This document shows positions 52,306 through 61,596 of a stretch of DNA of 64,000 bases, piece by piece. Below the pieces are notes generated by a model that was not told the DNA's origin, searched no databases, and saw nothing but the letters and a program-made list of their open reading frames with translations. Position numbers and translations under genes: made by a program. Origin of the DNA: Gemmatimonadota bacterium (GTDB lineage Bacteria; Gemmatimonadota; Gemmatimonadetes; Gemmatimonadales; GWC2-71-9); NCBI GenBank assembly GCA_039584325.1, contig JBDGYA010000012.1, positions 3,544 to 67,543 on the forward strand. The letters run 5' to 3'. Positions within the stretch are counted from its first letter, which is position 1. Every line of letters starts with the position of its first letter.

Positions 52306-55300
52306 CACCGTCATCGCCTGGTCGCTTCGCAACCGGTTCCTCGTCCTGCTTGGCAGCGTGGCCGTCGTTGGCGCGGGCGTGTGGGCGATGCGGACGACGC
52401 CGCTCGACGCGATCCCCGATCTCTCGGACGTGCAGGTCATCGTCCAGACCGATTTCCGGGAGCAGGCACCGCAGATCGTCGAGGACCAGGTGACGTACCC
52501 CATCGCCTCAGAGATGCTCAAGGTGCCGGGTGCCCGTGTCGTTCGGGGATACTCCTTTTTCGGCCTCAGTCTGGTATACGTGATCTTCGAGGACGGCACG
52601 GACATCTACTGGGCGCGCTCCCGGGTCCTCGAGTACCTCAACGGAATCCGTCGCGCGCTCCCACCGAACGTCGAACCCACCCTCGGACCTGATGCGACGG
52701 GGGTCGGCTGGGTGTTCGAGTACGTGCTCGAGTCCGACAGCCTCGACCTCGCCGCACTGCGCACGTTACAGGACTGGTACATCCGCTACCAGCTGACGTC
52801 AGTGCCGGGTGTATCGGAGGTGGCGAGCGTAGGCGGGTTCGAGCGCCAGTATCAGGTCGAAGTGCATCCCGAGCGGCTTCGCGCCTTCAATATCCCCGTT
52901 ACCCGGGTAGCCCACGCCATCGGTAACCACAACGTCGACATCGGTGCACGCGTGCTCGAAATGGGTGGTCGGGAGTACATGATCCGCGGGCTTGGCTACC
53001 TCGAGGGAATCGAGGACATCGAGAACGTCGCCCTGGGCGCGATGGCCAATGGCACACCCATCCGCGTGGCCGATGTCGCGAGCGTCCAACTGGGTCCGGC
53101 GCCGCGGCGCGGCGCGGCAGACTGGAACGGGCACGGGGAAGTGGTGACCGGCATCGTGGTCATGCGGTTCGGGGCCGACGCCCTGCAGACCATCGAGGCC
53201 GTCAAGGTGCGGCTGCAGGAGATCGAGGCAGGCCTACCCGCGGGGGTGCGGCTACGAACGGGATACGACCGGAGCGATCTCATCCACCGGGCCATCGCTA
53301 CGCTGCGCGACAAGTTGCTCGAGGAATCGCTCATCATCGCCGCGGTAGCCCTGTTGTTCCTGCTGCATGCGCGTTCAGCGCTCGTCGCGATCATCACGCT
53401 CCCGCTCGGCATCCTGATCTCGTTCATCGTCATGCGTGCGATCGGCGTGAGCGCGAACATCATGAGTCTGGGTGGGATCGCGATTGCTCTTGGCGCCATG
53501 GTCGATGCCGCGATCGTGATGATCGAGAACATGCACAAACATCTCGAGCGGTCCGATGGCACGGCATCCCGCTGGGACATCGTGCTCAAGAGCGCGAAGC
53601 AGGTCGGGCCGCCACTCTTCTTCTCCCTCCTGATCATCACGTTCAGCTTCCTGCCCGTGTTCGCGCTGGAGCAGCAGGAGGGCCGGCTCTTCAGGCCGCT
53701 CGCGTTCACCAAGACCTTCGCCATGGCCGGCGGAGCGCTGCTGTCGATCACCCTGGTACCCGTGCTCATGGGTTACCTGATCCGCGGCCGCATACGGCAC
53801 GAGCGCGATAATCCGATCAACCGCATCCTCCAATGGGCATACCGCCCGATCATCGATTTCACGTTGCGACGTCCCTGGCTCGTTGTAGGAGGCGCGATCG
53901 GGGTGCTCGCCCTCACCGTCGTGCCATGGAAGCGCCTGGGCAGTGAATTCATGCCGCCCCTGCAAGAAGGCTCGATTCTCTTCATGCCCACGACCGTCCC
54001 GGGGGTAGCGATTGCCGAAGCCCGCGAGATCATGCGGCGGCAGGACAGCATCATGGCTGCATTCCCCGAGGTCGCAACAGTGCTCGGCAAGGTGGGACGG
54101 GCGAATACTGCCACTGATCCGGCCCCGCTCAACATGTTCGAGACGACCATCACGCTCAAACCGGAGGGCGAGTGGCGGCCGGGGATGACGTACGAACGGC
54201 TCATCGGCGAGATGGACCGCGCGGTGCGCATGCCCGGGATCACCAACGCCTGGACCATGCCGATCAAGGGCCGGATCGACATGCTCGCGACGGGCATCCG
54301 GACACCGGTAGGGGTCAAGATCTTCGGACCAGATCTCGACACCCTTCAGGCCCTCGGCGAGCGCGTCGAACGGATCGTGCAGCAGGTGCCGGGAACGCGG
54401 AGTGCCTTCGCCGAACGCGGCATGTCTGGGTATTACGTGGACATCGCCATCGACCGCGCCGACGCAGCGCGATACGGCTTGAACGTCGGCGACATCCATA
54501 ACGCGATCATGGCTACAGTGGGAGGGATGAACGCTGCCGTCACCGTCGAAGGTCGTGAGCGATACGCGGTCAACGTGCGCTACCCCCGCGAGCTGCGGGA
54601 CGATCCGCAGCGTCTCCGGGAGGTCCTCATCCCGGTGACGACGGTGGGGGGCATGGCGGGAAGCAACGGCGGCATGACGCGCACGCGCCGCTCGACCGCG
54701 TTGACGCAACGCAGCGTGCTCACCCAGATCCCCCTTGGCCAGGTCGCGACGGTGCAGGTAGTCCAAGGACCGATGGCCGTGAAGACCGAGGATGCCTTCC
54801 CAGTCACCGCCGTATTCGTAGACATCGGCGAGCGCGACGTCGGGAGCTACGTGGAGGAGGCGCGGGAGCTGGTAGCGCAAGAGGTGACACTCCCAGCGGG
54901 CTACACGCTGATCTGGAGCGGTCAGTACGAGTTCATGCAGCGGGTCAAGGAGCGAATGGCCGTCGTGGTGCCGGTGACTCTCGCCATCATCTTCCTGCTG
55001 CTGTACCTGAGTTTCCGTGGAATCACGGAATCACTCATCGTGATGCTGTCGGTCCCGTTCGCAGTGGTGGGAGGTATCTGGTATCTCTGGCTCGCGGGCT
55101 ACAACACCAGCGTTGCCGTCTGGGTTGGCTTCATCGCGCTCGCGGGCGTCGCTGCCGAGACCGGTGTTGTCATGCTCATCTACCTCGATGAGGCCTTCCA
55201 TCACCGCACCCGTGATGGGCGGATGAGGACCGCCGCCGACGTTGCGGCGGCGGTGCGCGAGGGCGCCGTGGACCGACTGCGCCCCAAGATCATGACCGTG

Positions 55301-55993
55301 GCAGCAATCACCCTGGGACTCGCCCCAATCCTGTGGAGCCACGGCACGGGGGCCGACGTGATGAAGCGCATCGCCGCACCCATGGTAGGCGGAATGGTGA
55401 CATCGACCGTGCTCACGCTGGTCGTGATTCCGGCCATCTATCTGATTTGGCGCCGGCGAGGGCTCATGCCCAACCGCGGCCCGTCAGAGAACGGACTGAA
55501 GCCTGGACCAACAGGCGTGCGGCCACCGCGATCCTCAGCAGCCGCCGCCCTCGTAGGTCTGGCCGTGCTCTCACTCGGCATGACACCAGCGTCCGCCCGC
55601 GCCCAGAACCTGGGTGTGCTTTGCGACAGTATTGCGCAGACTGTCACCTCCATGCCGAGCGTGACGGGCGTCCGCACTGACACCGTGATCCGCGATCATC
55701 GGACGGAGCGTGCCGCTTCCGGGTGCCAGGCGCGCTTCACCGGATCGATGGCCGCGTTCCAGAAGACGGGCACCCCGGACGAACTCCTCCGGTCGCTGCT
55801 CCCCGCTCACGGCTGGACAGAAGATCTCTGGTACGCAGCCGACGGCCCGGATGGCACCGCGTTCGCGTTGCGGCATGGAGCTGCCCTCTGCCTGTTTCGC
55901 GGTCGCTGGGACGGCGGCGACGACGCCGACCCATCCTATGTACCGAGCGATCGCTACGAACTGATCGTGGGTTGCATGCCCGCCCCACCCTAG
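52298..55993 (+). CDS. CusA/CzcA-family heavy-metal RND transporter with an in-frame 175-aa C-terminal extension
   Basis: 1231-aa ORF. The RND homology (MINTVIAWSLRNRFLV...MVGGMVTSTVLTLVVIPAIYLIWRRRG) ends near residue 1056. The ORF then continues through a linker, a TM/signal-like AAAALVGLAVLSLGM and a 4-Cys domain. Confidence 0.85.
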   Translation: MINTVIAWSLRNRFLVLLGSVAVVGAGVWAMRTTPLDAIPDLSDVQVIVQTDFREQAPQIVEDQVTYPIASEMLKVPGARVVRGYSFFGLSLVYVIFEDGTDIYWARSRVLEYLNGIRRALPPNVEPTLGPDATGVGWVFEYVLESDSLDLAALRTLQDWYIRYQLTSVPGVSEVASVGGFERQYQVEVHPERLRAFNIPVTRVAHAIGNHNVDIGARVLEMGGREYMIRGLGYLEGIEDIENVALGAMANGTPIRVADVASVQLGPAPRRGAADWNGHGEVVTGIVVMRFGADALQTIEAVKVRLQEIEAGLPAGVRLRTGYDRSDLIHRAIATLRDKLLEESLIIAAVALLFLLHARSALVAIITLPLGILISFIVMRAIGVSANIMSLGGIAIALGAMVDAAIVMIENMHKHLERSDGTASRWDIVLKSAKQVGPPLFFSLLIITFSFLPVFALEQQEGRLFRPLAFTKTFAMAGGALLSITLVPVLMGYLIRGRIRHERDNPINRILQWAYRPIIDFTLRRPWLVVGGAIGVLALTVVPWKRLGSEFMPPLQEGSILFMPTTVPGVAIAEAREIMRRQDSIMAAFPEVATVLGKVGRANTATDPAPLNMFETTITLKPEGEWRPGMTYERLIGEMDRAVRMPGITNAWTMPIKGRIDMLATGIRTPVGVKIFGPDLDTLQALGERVERIVQQVPGTRSAFAERGMSGYYVDIAIDRADAARYGLNVGDIHNAIMATVGGMNAAVTVEGRERYAVNVRYPRELRDDPQRLREVLIPVTTVGGMAGSNGGMTRTRRSTALTQRSVLTQIPLGQVATVQVVQGPMAVKTEDAFPVTAVFVDIGERDVGSYVEEARELVAQEVTLPAGYTLIWSGQYEFMQRVKERMAVVVPVTLAIIFLLLYLSFRGITESLIVMLSVPFAVVGGIWYLWLAGYNTSVAVWVGFIALAGVAAETGVVMLIYLDEAFHHRTRDGRMRTAADVAAAVREGAVDRLRPKIMTVAAITLGLAPILWSHGTGADVMKRIAAPMVGGMVTSTVLTLVVIPAIYLIWRRRGLMPNRGPSENGLKPGPTGVRPPRSSAAAALVGLAVLSLGMTPASARAQNLGVLCDSIAQTVTSMPSVTGVRTDTVIRDHRTERAASGCQARFTGSMAAFQKTGTPDELLRSLLPAHGWTEDLWYAADGPDGTAFALRHGAALCLFRGRWDGGDDADPSYVPSDRYELIVGCMPAPP

Positions 55994-56127
55994 GGAGCCA
56001 GACTCGGGGACCCGGGCCGTCACTGCCACACGGTGTCTCACGCCGCCTCCACCCTTCCCGTGGTCGACTGGTGAAACCGATCCCGATCGCTCGGCGTAGG
56101 GGCCGCATACCCGCTCGGGAGGACCCG

Positions 56128-57975
56128 GTGGCCGAGCACGCGAGTCACAAGGACCGCTGGCCACGTCGAGCGACGCTCGTCGTTTCGAGCGTCGCTACAC
56201 TGGTCTTGGTGAGCCCGGCAGCACGCTCCTATGCACAGGGATGCCCGGAACAACTCCAGGGCGCGTGGTACGGTGAGCTGCCTGTCCGCGATCTGCTGCA
56301 GGTCGGCTTCATCATTCGGGAGCAGGGGGGCGGGAGTCTCGAGGCAGAGATCCGGTCGTCGCAGATGGCCGAGGTGGTCCCTGTGTGGATGGATGGTACC
56401 CGCCTTCGCTTTCAGTCCACCGTGTTTCCGCTGGCGTTCGACGGGGTGCTGCCCCACGGTAATTCAGCCCTCGGCGGTTTCATCCAGCACGCAACGAGCT
56501 TGATCCGGGTGGAGCTGCTGACGCAGTCCGGGACCGCAACGCGGACGTGGGCGGCAGAGTGGTCGCCGCTCGGGTTGCATGACGAGTCGTTCCGGTTCGA
56601 CTTGTACATCGAAGATGACGGCACCGGGAGCCTCGGCGGCTACTTCTTTTTCCGCGATCAACGACTCCCAGCACTCTGGGGATACGGACTGGCATGTCAT
56701 GGCGACACGGTCACACTGGGAGAGAGAAACCTCGGCTTGCGCTTGGCAGGCCAGTTCGACCGCACGCGGGACCGCATGCCGATGACCGTGACCGGAATCG
56801 CAGGGTCGGCTCCGATCATGTTCGAACGGATGTCCGACGCAGCGGTACCGCCGCGCCCCGACGCGCCCGAGGGCCCCGCGCGGCAGCAGAGCAACCGAGC
56901 ATATGTCGCTCACCCGCCAGCGACGCTCGACGACGGGTGGCCGACCGCGCACCCGGCGGACGTCGGTATCGATACCAGCCTTATCGCCGACATGGTGCGG
57001 GCCGTCGTCGACGGAGAGATGGCACTGACCCACAGCGTGCTCGTGGCCCGCCAGGGCAGGCTGGTTGTGGAAGAGTACTTCTACGGCTTCGATCGCGACA
57101 CGTGGCACGACATGCGTTCTGCCTCGAAGACTCTCACCTCTACGCTGATCGGCCTTGCCATCCAGGAAGGCCACATCGAGAATGCCTCTGCCACGGCGCT
57201 GCCCTTCTTTCCACGGTACCGCCGCTATGCCACGTGGGACACGCGCAAGGCCGATATCACGGTTCGGCACCTCCTCACGATGAGCTCCGGTCTGGACGCG
57301 AACGACTCCGATCCACGATCGATCGCGTCCGAGGGCAGGTACCAGTCTCAGGTCGTACAGCCAGATTGGATCAAGCTCGCGCTCGACGCGCCGATGATCG
57401 CCGATCCCGGCTCGCAGCCACTCTACGGCGGCGCGAACCCCTTGATTCTCGGCGGCATCCTCGCCGCGGCGCTTGAGGAGCCCGTCGAGTGGTTTGCGCA
57501 CCGCATGTTCTTCGCCCCGCTCGGAATCGAGCGGTACAGGTTCCTCCTCGACCCGACGGGCATCGTGTACATGGGAGGCGGCCTATACCTCCGACCTCGG
57601 GACATGGCGAAGTACGGCCAACTCTACCTCGATGGCGGTGTCTGGCAGGGCACCCGGATCCTGTCAGAGGAGTGGATCCGGGAGTCCTGGGGACAGTACG
57701 GCCGGCTCGCACCGCTCGATCGGAACGGCCACCAATACGGGTACCTATGGTGGCATCACACCTACGACGTCGGTACGCGCACGATTGAGACCTTGGAGGC
57801 CAGGGGGAACGGCGGCCAGTATATCTTTGTCGTCCCGTCCCTCGATCTGGTGGTCGTGATCACCGCCGGCAACTACCGCACGGGCATCCTCAAGACCCGC
57901 CAACCGGAAGCGATCCTGCAGCGGTTCGTGCTCCCCGCCGTCCTGGGGTCGGCTACCTCGCAAGACTCGCGCTGA
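56128..57975 (+). CDS. beta-lactamase-fold serine hydrolase with an N-terminal extra domain, secreted
   Basis: GTG 56128 lies 4 nt after GGGAGGA. Signal-like VVSSVATLVLVSPAARSYAQG, then the SxxK motif in MRSASKTLTSTLIG. The track's upstream 135 codons overlap the RND gene. Confidence 0.75.
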   Translation: MAEHASHKDRWPRRATLVVSSVATLVLVSPAARSYAQGCPEQLQGAWYGELPVRDLLQVGFIIREQGGGSLEAEIRSSQMAEVVPVWMDGTRLRFQSTVFPLAFDGVLPHGNSALGGFIQHATSLIRVELLTQSGTATRTWAAEWSPLGLHDESFRFDLYIEDDGTGSLGGYFFFRDQRLPALWGYGLACHGDTVTLGERNLGLRLAGQFDRTRDRMPMTVTGIAGSAPIMFERMSDAAVPPRPDAPEGPARQQSNRAYVAHPPATLDDGWPTAHPADVGIDTSLIADMVRAVVDGEMALTHSVLVARQGRLVVEEYFYGFDRDTWHDMRSASKTLTSTLIGLAIQEGHIENASATALPFFPRYRRYATWDTRKADITVRHLLTMSSGLDANDSDPRSIASEGRYQSQVVQPDWIKLALDAPMIADPGSQPLYGGANPLILGGILAAALEEPVEWFAHRMFFAPLGIERYRFLLDPTGIVYMGGGLYLRPRDMAKYGQLYLDGGVWQGTRILSEEWIRESWGQYGRLAPLDRNGHQYGYLWWHHTYDVGTRTIETLEARGNGGQYIFVVPSLDLVVVITAGNYRTGILKTRQPEAILQRFVLPAVLGSATSQDSR

Positions 57976-57988
57976 GGGCGGCGGCCGG

Positions 57989-58480
57989 TTAGCGGTGCGA
58001 CGGAGAATCGCGGCGGCCGATCGACCACACGTACACGGCCACCGCGCGTGCATGGTCGTCGTCGAGCGGTTCCCAGCCTCCGACCGGCATGGGCTTGCCG
58101 GTCCTGGCATCTCTGCGCGAGATACCGTGCCGCACTTGCCGCAGGATCTCGTCGTACGTACCCGAGCCGTGCAGCCATTCGTCGTCGGTGAGATCGGGAC
58201 CCTCGGACGTTCCACGCCCCGTGTCATCGTGGCACCGGACACAGCCGGCCCCGCCCCGGTAGATCTCTTCCCCCCGCGGGATCAGGCTGTCCAGTACGGC
58301 GGCGGGGAACGGCGGCGCCTCCTGCTGTGCAACGAGGATTGTGCCGGGCGGAACGGCGGCGACGAGCAGCAGCGCGAGCAGCGCACCGGTCCGCTGCTGC
58401 GAAGCCTGCCTCGGACCGGGATCAGCGTGTCCCCGCGGTCCGTCGGACGGGCGGGTACTCAGGGATAGGGATTGAGACAC
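57989..58480 (-). CDS. c-type cytochrome
   Basis: Signal-like ALLALLLVAAVPPG and the heme motif CVRCH, then ...GKPMP... The start is uncertain (GTG 58480 overlaps the upstream small ORF by 22 nt). Confidence 0.7.
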   Translation of the reverse strand: MSQSLSLSTRPSDGPRGHADPGPRQASQQRTGALLALLLVAAVPPGTILVAQQEAPPFPAAVLDSLIPRGEEIYRGGAGCVRCHDDTGRGTSEGPDLTDDEWLHGSGTYDEILRQVRHGISRRDARTGKPMPVGGWEPLDDDHARAVAVYVWSIGRRDSPSHR

Positions 58481-58650
58481 TCCCAGACGATCGCCTCTTC
58501 CTCACGCTCGGACATCACGTGCCCACCGGTGGCGAACTCCTCGAGCTCATCGAGCGGGAGCGTCAGGGCGTCGATGTCCTTCCCCGTGGCCTCGCGCACG
58601 ACGTCCCGCTGTGCGTCGGTGAGCCGAAGCGTGATGCACTTGGGTTCCAC
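58459..58650 (-). CDS. small acidic protein of unknown function (63 aa)
   Basis: GTG 58650 lies 6 nt after GGGAGG. GC3 is 53/63 by hand count. Sequence: MEPKCITLRLTDAQRDVVREATGKDIDALTLPLDELEEFATGGHVMSEREEEAIVWECLNPYP. Confidence 0.6.
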   Translation of the reverse strand: MEPKCITLRLTDAQRDVVREATGKDIDALTLPLDELEEFATGGHVMSEREEEAIVWECLNPYP

Positions 58651-58825
58651 TGGCGGCCTCCCATCGACGGTACCGGATGCAGCCTAGGCCCCATGACGTG
58701 AAAAACGGGTGAAGGGAGCGTGAAGAGCGCGCACCGGGCAGAGGATGATGGCGGTCAGAACCCGCTCGACCAGCCCGTTCAGCGCCCCGCGATCGATCCA
58801 CCGTGCCACGATCACCAGATCACCC

Positions 58826-59605
58826 CTACGTGCCGGCCGTCGAATGTAGCGCGAAGGCAGCGCCCTGCGGATCGAGGCACTGCGCGACCGTGTCGCCACC
58901 TGGGACGTCCAATGGACCGTTCAGTACGCGCCCTCCCAGTTCCCCGACCCGCTCGACGCTGGCACCGACATTGTCCACTCGGATGTAGCACAACCAGAAG
59001 GGTGGTCCGGGAATCTGCGCGGGCTTGTTGAACATGCCGCCCAGGGGGAGCCCAGCGCGTCCGAAGATCTGGTAGCTACCGGCCTCGCCCAAATCCAGCG
59101 TTTGCATCCGCTCCCATCCGAACAGGGATGAGTGAAACGCGAACGCTGCCTCGTGATCGGTCGCCGCAAGCTCGTGCCATGAGAACTCGCCGATCCGCGG
59201 TGGTCCGTCGTGCCCCGGCGCCCCCCCGGCGGGGCAGAAGACCGCAAGCGTGGCCCCCTGCGGATCGGCAATGATGGCAAACCGCCCCACGGTCGGAATG
59301 TCGGTCGGAGGTACCCTCGCCGTACCGCCGGCCGCCTCGGTCTCGGCGACGGCACCGTCCACATCCGGCACCGCGACATACGCCAGCCAATGCGGTAACG
59401 CGCCAGATTGCCTGGCATCTTCCGGCAGTTCCATGACGCCGCCGAGCGGCGTGTCCTCGCGGGTCCACATGGTGTACGGCATGTCGGCGCTGTCCCACGC
59501 TGACGTGCCCCAGCCGAGGAGCTTGGTGTAATACGTCTCAGCCTGTCGAGCATCGGCGGCCATCAAGTCGTGCCAGACGAACCGTCCACGCGGCACTTCG
59601 GGCAT
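58826..59605 (-). CDS. VOC (glyoxalase/bleomycin-resistance) family protein, two-domain
   Basis: FVWHDLMA...YYTKLLGW...FAIIADPQGATLAVF, and a second module FSWHELAT...FHSSLFGW...AQCLDPQGAAFALH. I prefer ATG 59605, 7 nt after GGAGG. Confidence 0.8.
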   Translation of the reverse strand: MPEVPRGRFVWHDLMAADARQAETYYTKLLGWGTSAWDSADMPYTMWTREDTPLGGVMELPEDARQSGALPHWLAYVAVPDVDGAVAETEAAGGTARVPPTDIPTVGRFAIIADPQGATLAVFCPAGGAPGHDGPPRIGEFSWHELAATDHEAAFAFHSSLFGWERMQTLDLGEAGSYQIFGRAGLPLGGMFNKPAQIPGPPFWLCYIRVDNVGASVERVGELGGRVLNGPLDVPGGDTVAQCLDPQGAAFALHSTAGT

Positions 59606-59731
59606 CTGCATACCTCCAGTCTGTCGGACAAGGTCTTCCCGGATGCGCGACGCCGTGCAAGACTACGAGGGCGAGCGTTGGCTGTCCAGCACCAGCGGGA
59701 GCGGTCCATGCAACCAGGCCTCGGTGACGGC

Positions 59732-61165
59732 ATGCAGCTCATCACCCTGGGAATCGGCATCCTTTTCGCCCTCACCCTGCTGTGGGCGGCCGGAGCGTCG
59801 GTGCGCGAGCGGGAACCTCGCGCCGCCGCCGTGTTCCTGCTGTGCGGACTCGCGCTGCCCCTGCCTTACTTCGTCGTCGGTCTCATCCAGTTCAACGGTG
59901 GTGCAGTCGTCGCCTGGTTGCTCGTGAGCGCCGCCGCGGTGGCAGCGGCCGTGTTGCTCACGCCGGTTCACCAACACCGCCCGCGCCTGCCAGACGCACC
60001 CACCGGCCGAATCGATGAGCGCGACACGATGTTCTCGCGGCGGCTCCTCGTTCCCGGGACGGACCGTTTCGAGGAGCATTACCGGCGCCGCCCCGAGCAG
60101 CACGCTCCCGACGACGCATTCCGCCTCGAACCGGGCCTCCTCGCCACCGGAACGACCGCCCACGATCCCGTGCTCTTCGGCGCGGCCGACGCGAGCTTCA
60201 CGACCATCGAACAGCTGCGCCCCCATGTCGATGGCCCACCAGCCGCCACGCGCGACCCAGTCGATCCTCGACGCATGACCGACTTCCTGACCCGCTGGGC
60301 CGTCAAGCTCGGCGCCGTCTCGGCCGGGGTCACTCACCTCGAAGAATACCACCTGTACTCCACGATCGGGCGAGGGCCCGACTACGGCCGGCCGGTCACC
60401 CTCGATCACCCGTTCGCCATCGCGGTCACGGTGGAGATGGATCGGACGGCGTTGACGCACGCGCCGCTCGCGCCGACCGTCATGGAGTCCGCCCAGCAGT
60501 ACGTTGCCTCGGGCGTCATCGCGCTGCAGCTGGCTGCGCTCATCCGCAGTCTCGGGTACCACGCGCGCGCCCACATCGACGGAAACTACCGAGTCGTTTG
60601 CCCGCTCGTTGCACGCGATGCCGGTCTCGGTGAGATCGGCCGGATGGGTCTGCTGATGACCCCCGAACTCGGACCGCGGGTACGCATTGCGGTGGTGACA
60701 ACCGACCTGCCCCTGCTGCCCGATGAGCGCCGGCACGACGAAACAGTGCTCGAGTTCTGTCGACGGTGCCGCAAGTGTGCCGACGTGTGTCCCAGCGGAG
60801 CGATCCCCTCGGGGGATCGGCAGTGCATCGAGGGGGCCTATCGTTGGCGTATCGACTCAGAGGCATGCTTCACGTTCTGGTGTCGCGTGGGCACGGATTG
60901 CGCCCGCTGCGTGGCAACCTGCCCCTATTCGCACCCCGACACCCTGCTCCACCGACTCGTGCGCTGGGGCATTCGCCGCTCCTCGCTCGCCCTTCGTGGA
61001 GCCGTCGCTGCCGACGACCTGTTCTACGGAAAGCGGCCGCCGCCGCGGTCGATCCCGAGCTGGATGCGCGCCGCTTCTTCCACCGCGCCTGCGGGCCGCG
61101 TGGCAGGCGGCCGGCCCCTCACACGCGACAGTGATCGGGACGCCACGCAACGATCAGCTTCTTGA
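59732..61165 (+). CDS. membrane-anchored reductive-dehalogenase-like Fe-S protein (RdhA/QueG superfamily)
   Basis: ATG 59732 gives about 3 TM helices. The C-terminal half has two cluster motifs, CRRCRKCADVCP and C...CARCVATCP, plus ...AGLGEIGRMGLLMTPELGPRVR... typical of RdhA/QueG-like proteins. Confidence 0.65.
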   Translation: MQLITLGIGILFALTLLWAAGASVREREPRAAAVFLLCGLALPLPYFVVGLIQFNGGAVVAWLLVSAAAVAAAVLLTPVHQHRPRLPDAPTGRIDERDTMFSRRLLVPGTDRFEEHYRRRPEQHAPDDAFRLEPGLLATGTTAHDPVLFGAADASFTTIEQLRPHVDGPPAATRDPVDPRRMTDFLTRWAVKLGAVSAGVTHLEEYHLYSTIGRGPDYGRPVTLDHPFAIAVTVEMDRTALTHAPLAPTVMESAQQYVASGVIALQLAALIRSLGYHARAHIDGNYRVVCPLVARDAGLGEIGRMGLLMTPELGPRVRIAVVTTDLPLLPDERRHDETVLEFCRRCRKCADVCPSGAIPSGDRQCIEGAYRWRIDSEACFTFWCRVGTDCARCVATCPYSHPDTLLHRLVRWGIRRSSLALRGAVAADDLFYGKRPPPRSIPSWMRAASSTAPAGRVAGGRPLTRDSDRDATQRSAS

Positions 61166-61559
61166 TGGCTTCCGGATCGTCGATGCGTTCGTCGAGCACC
61201 CTGCGGGCAAGCTGTGGCAGCTCGGCGTCGGCCGCGAACCGTAACGCCACGAGTTGTCCAGTGCTGAACTCGGGTATCCTGCCCTGGCTCTCCGCCGGGA
61301 GTAGCTCCCGCATACGCAGCCGCTCCTCGAGCCGAATCACCCGGTCCTGCACACCCGTGGCGAACGCCCGCGCGTACCAGTAGAGGATCAGGAGCGCCAT
61401 CGCCGTCAGCACGTGGATGACCCGACCGATGGAGAAGGCGCCGATCAGCTGGACCGTGGCGTAGACGAGGTTCGCGAGAAACAGTATCGGTGCGACGAAA
61501 TGGTAGAGCGGCACGTACCGGCGATGCGTCGCGTACGTCTGCGCAGCCGTATCGGCCAT
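61119..61559 (-). CDS. hypothetical membrane protein (DUF6526-like, from memory)
   Basis: 146 aa with two TM helices (FVAPILFLANLVYATVQLI and VLTAMALLILYWYA), then a soluble tail. There is a convergent 47-nt overlap with the Rdh-like ORF. Confidence 0.55.
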   Translation of the reverse strand: MADTAAQTYATHRRYVPLYHFVAPILFLANLVYATVQLIGAFSIGRVIHVLTAMALLILYWYARAFATGVQDRVIRLEERLRMRELLPAESQGRIPEFSTGQLVALRFAADAELPQLARRVLDERIDDPEAIKKLIVAWRPDHCRV

Positions 61560-61596
61560 GAGACCTCCAGGGTGTTGGACTCGTACGAGGATGGCC

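Noticed and set aside
53375-54880. 501-aa minus-strand ORF
   Set aside because: It is antisense to the RND transporter, whose frame is unambiguous.
55723-56127. Upstream 135 codons of the 750-aa ORF for the second serine hydrolase
   Set aside because: They overlap the coding tail of the RND gene in a frame with poor GC3 (9/20 in the sample). GTG 56128, with its GGGAGGA SD, gives a normal signal peptide.
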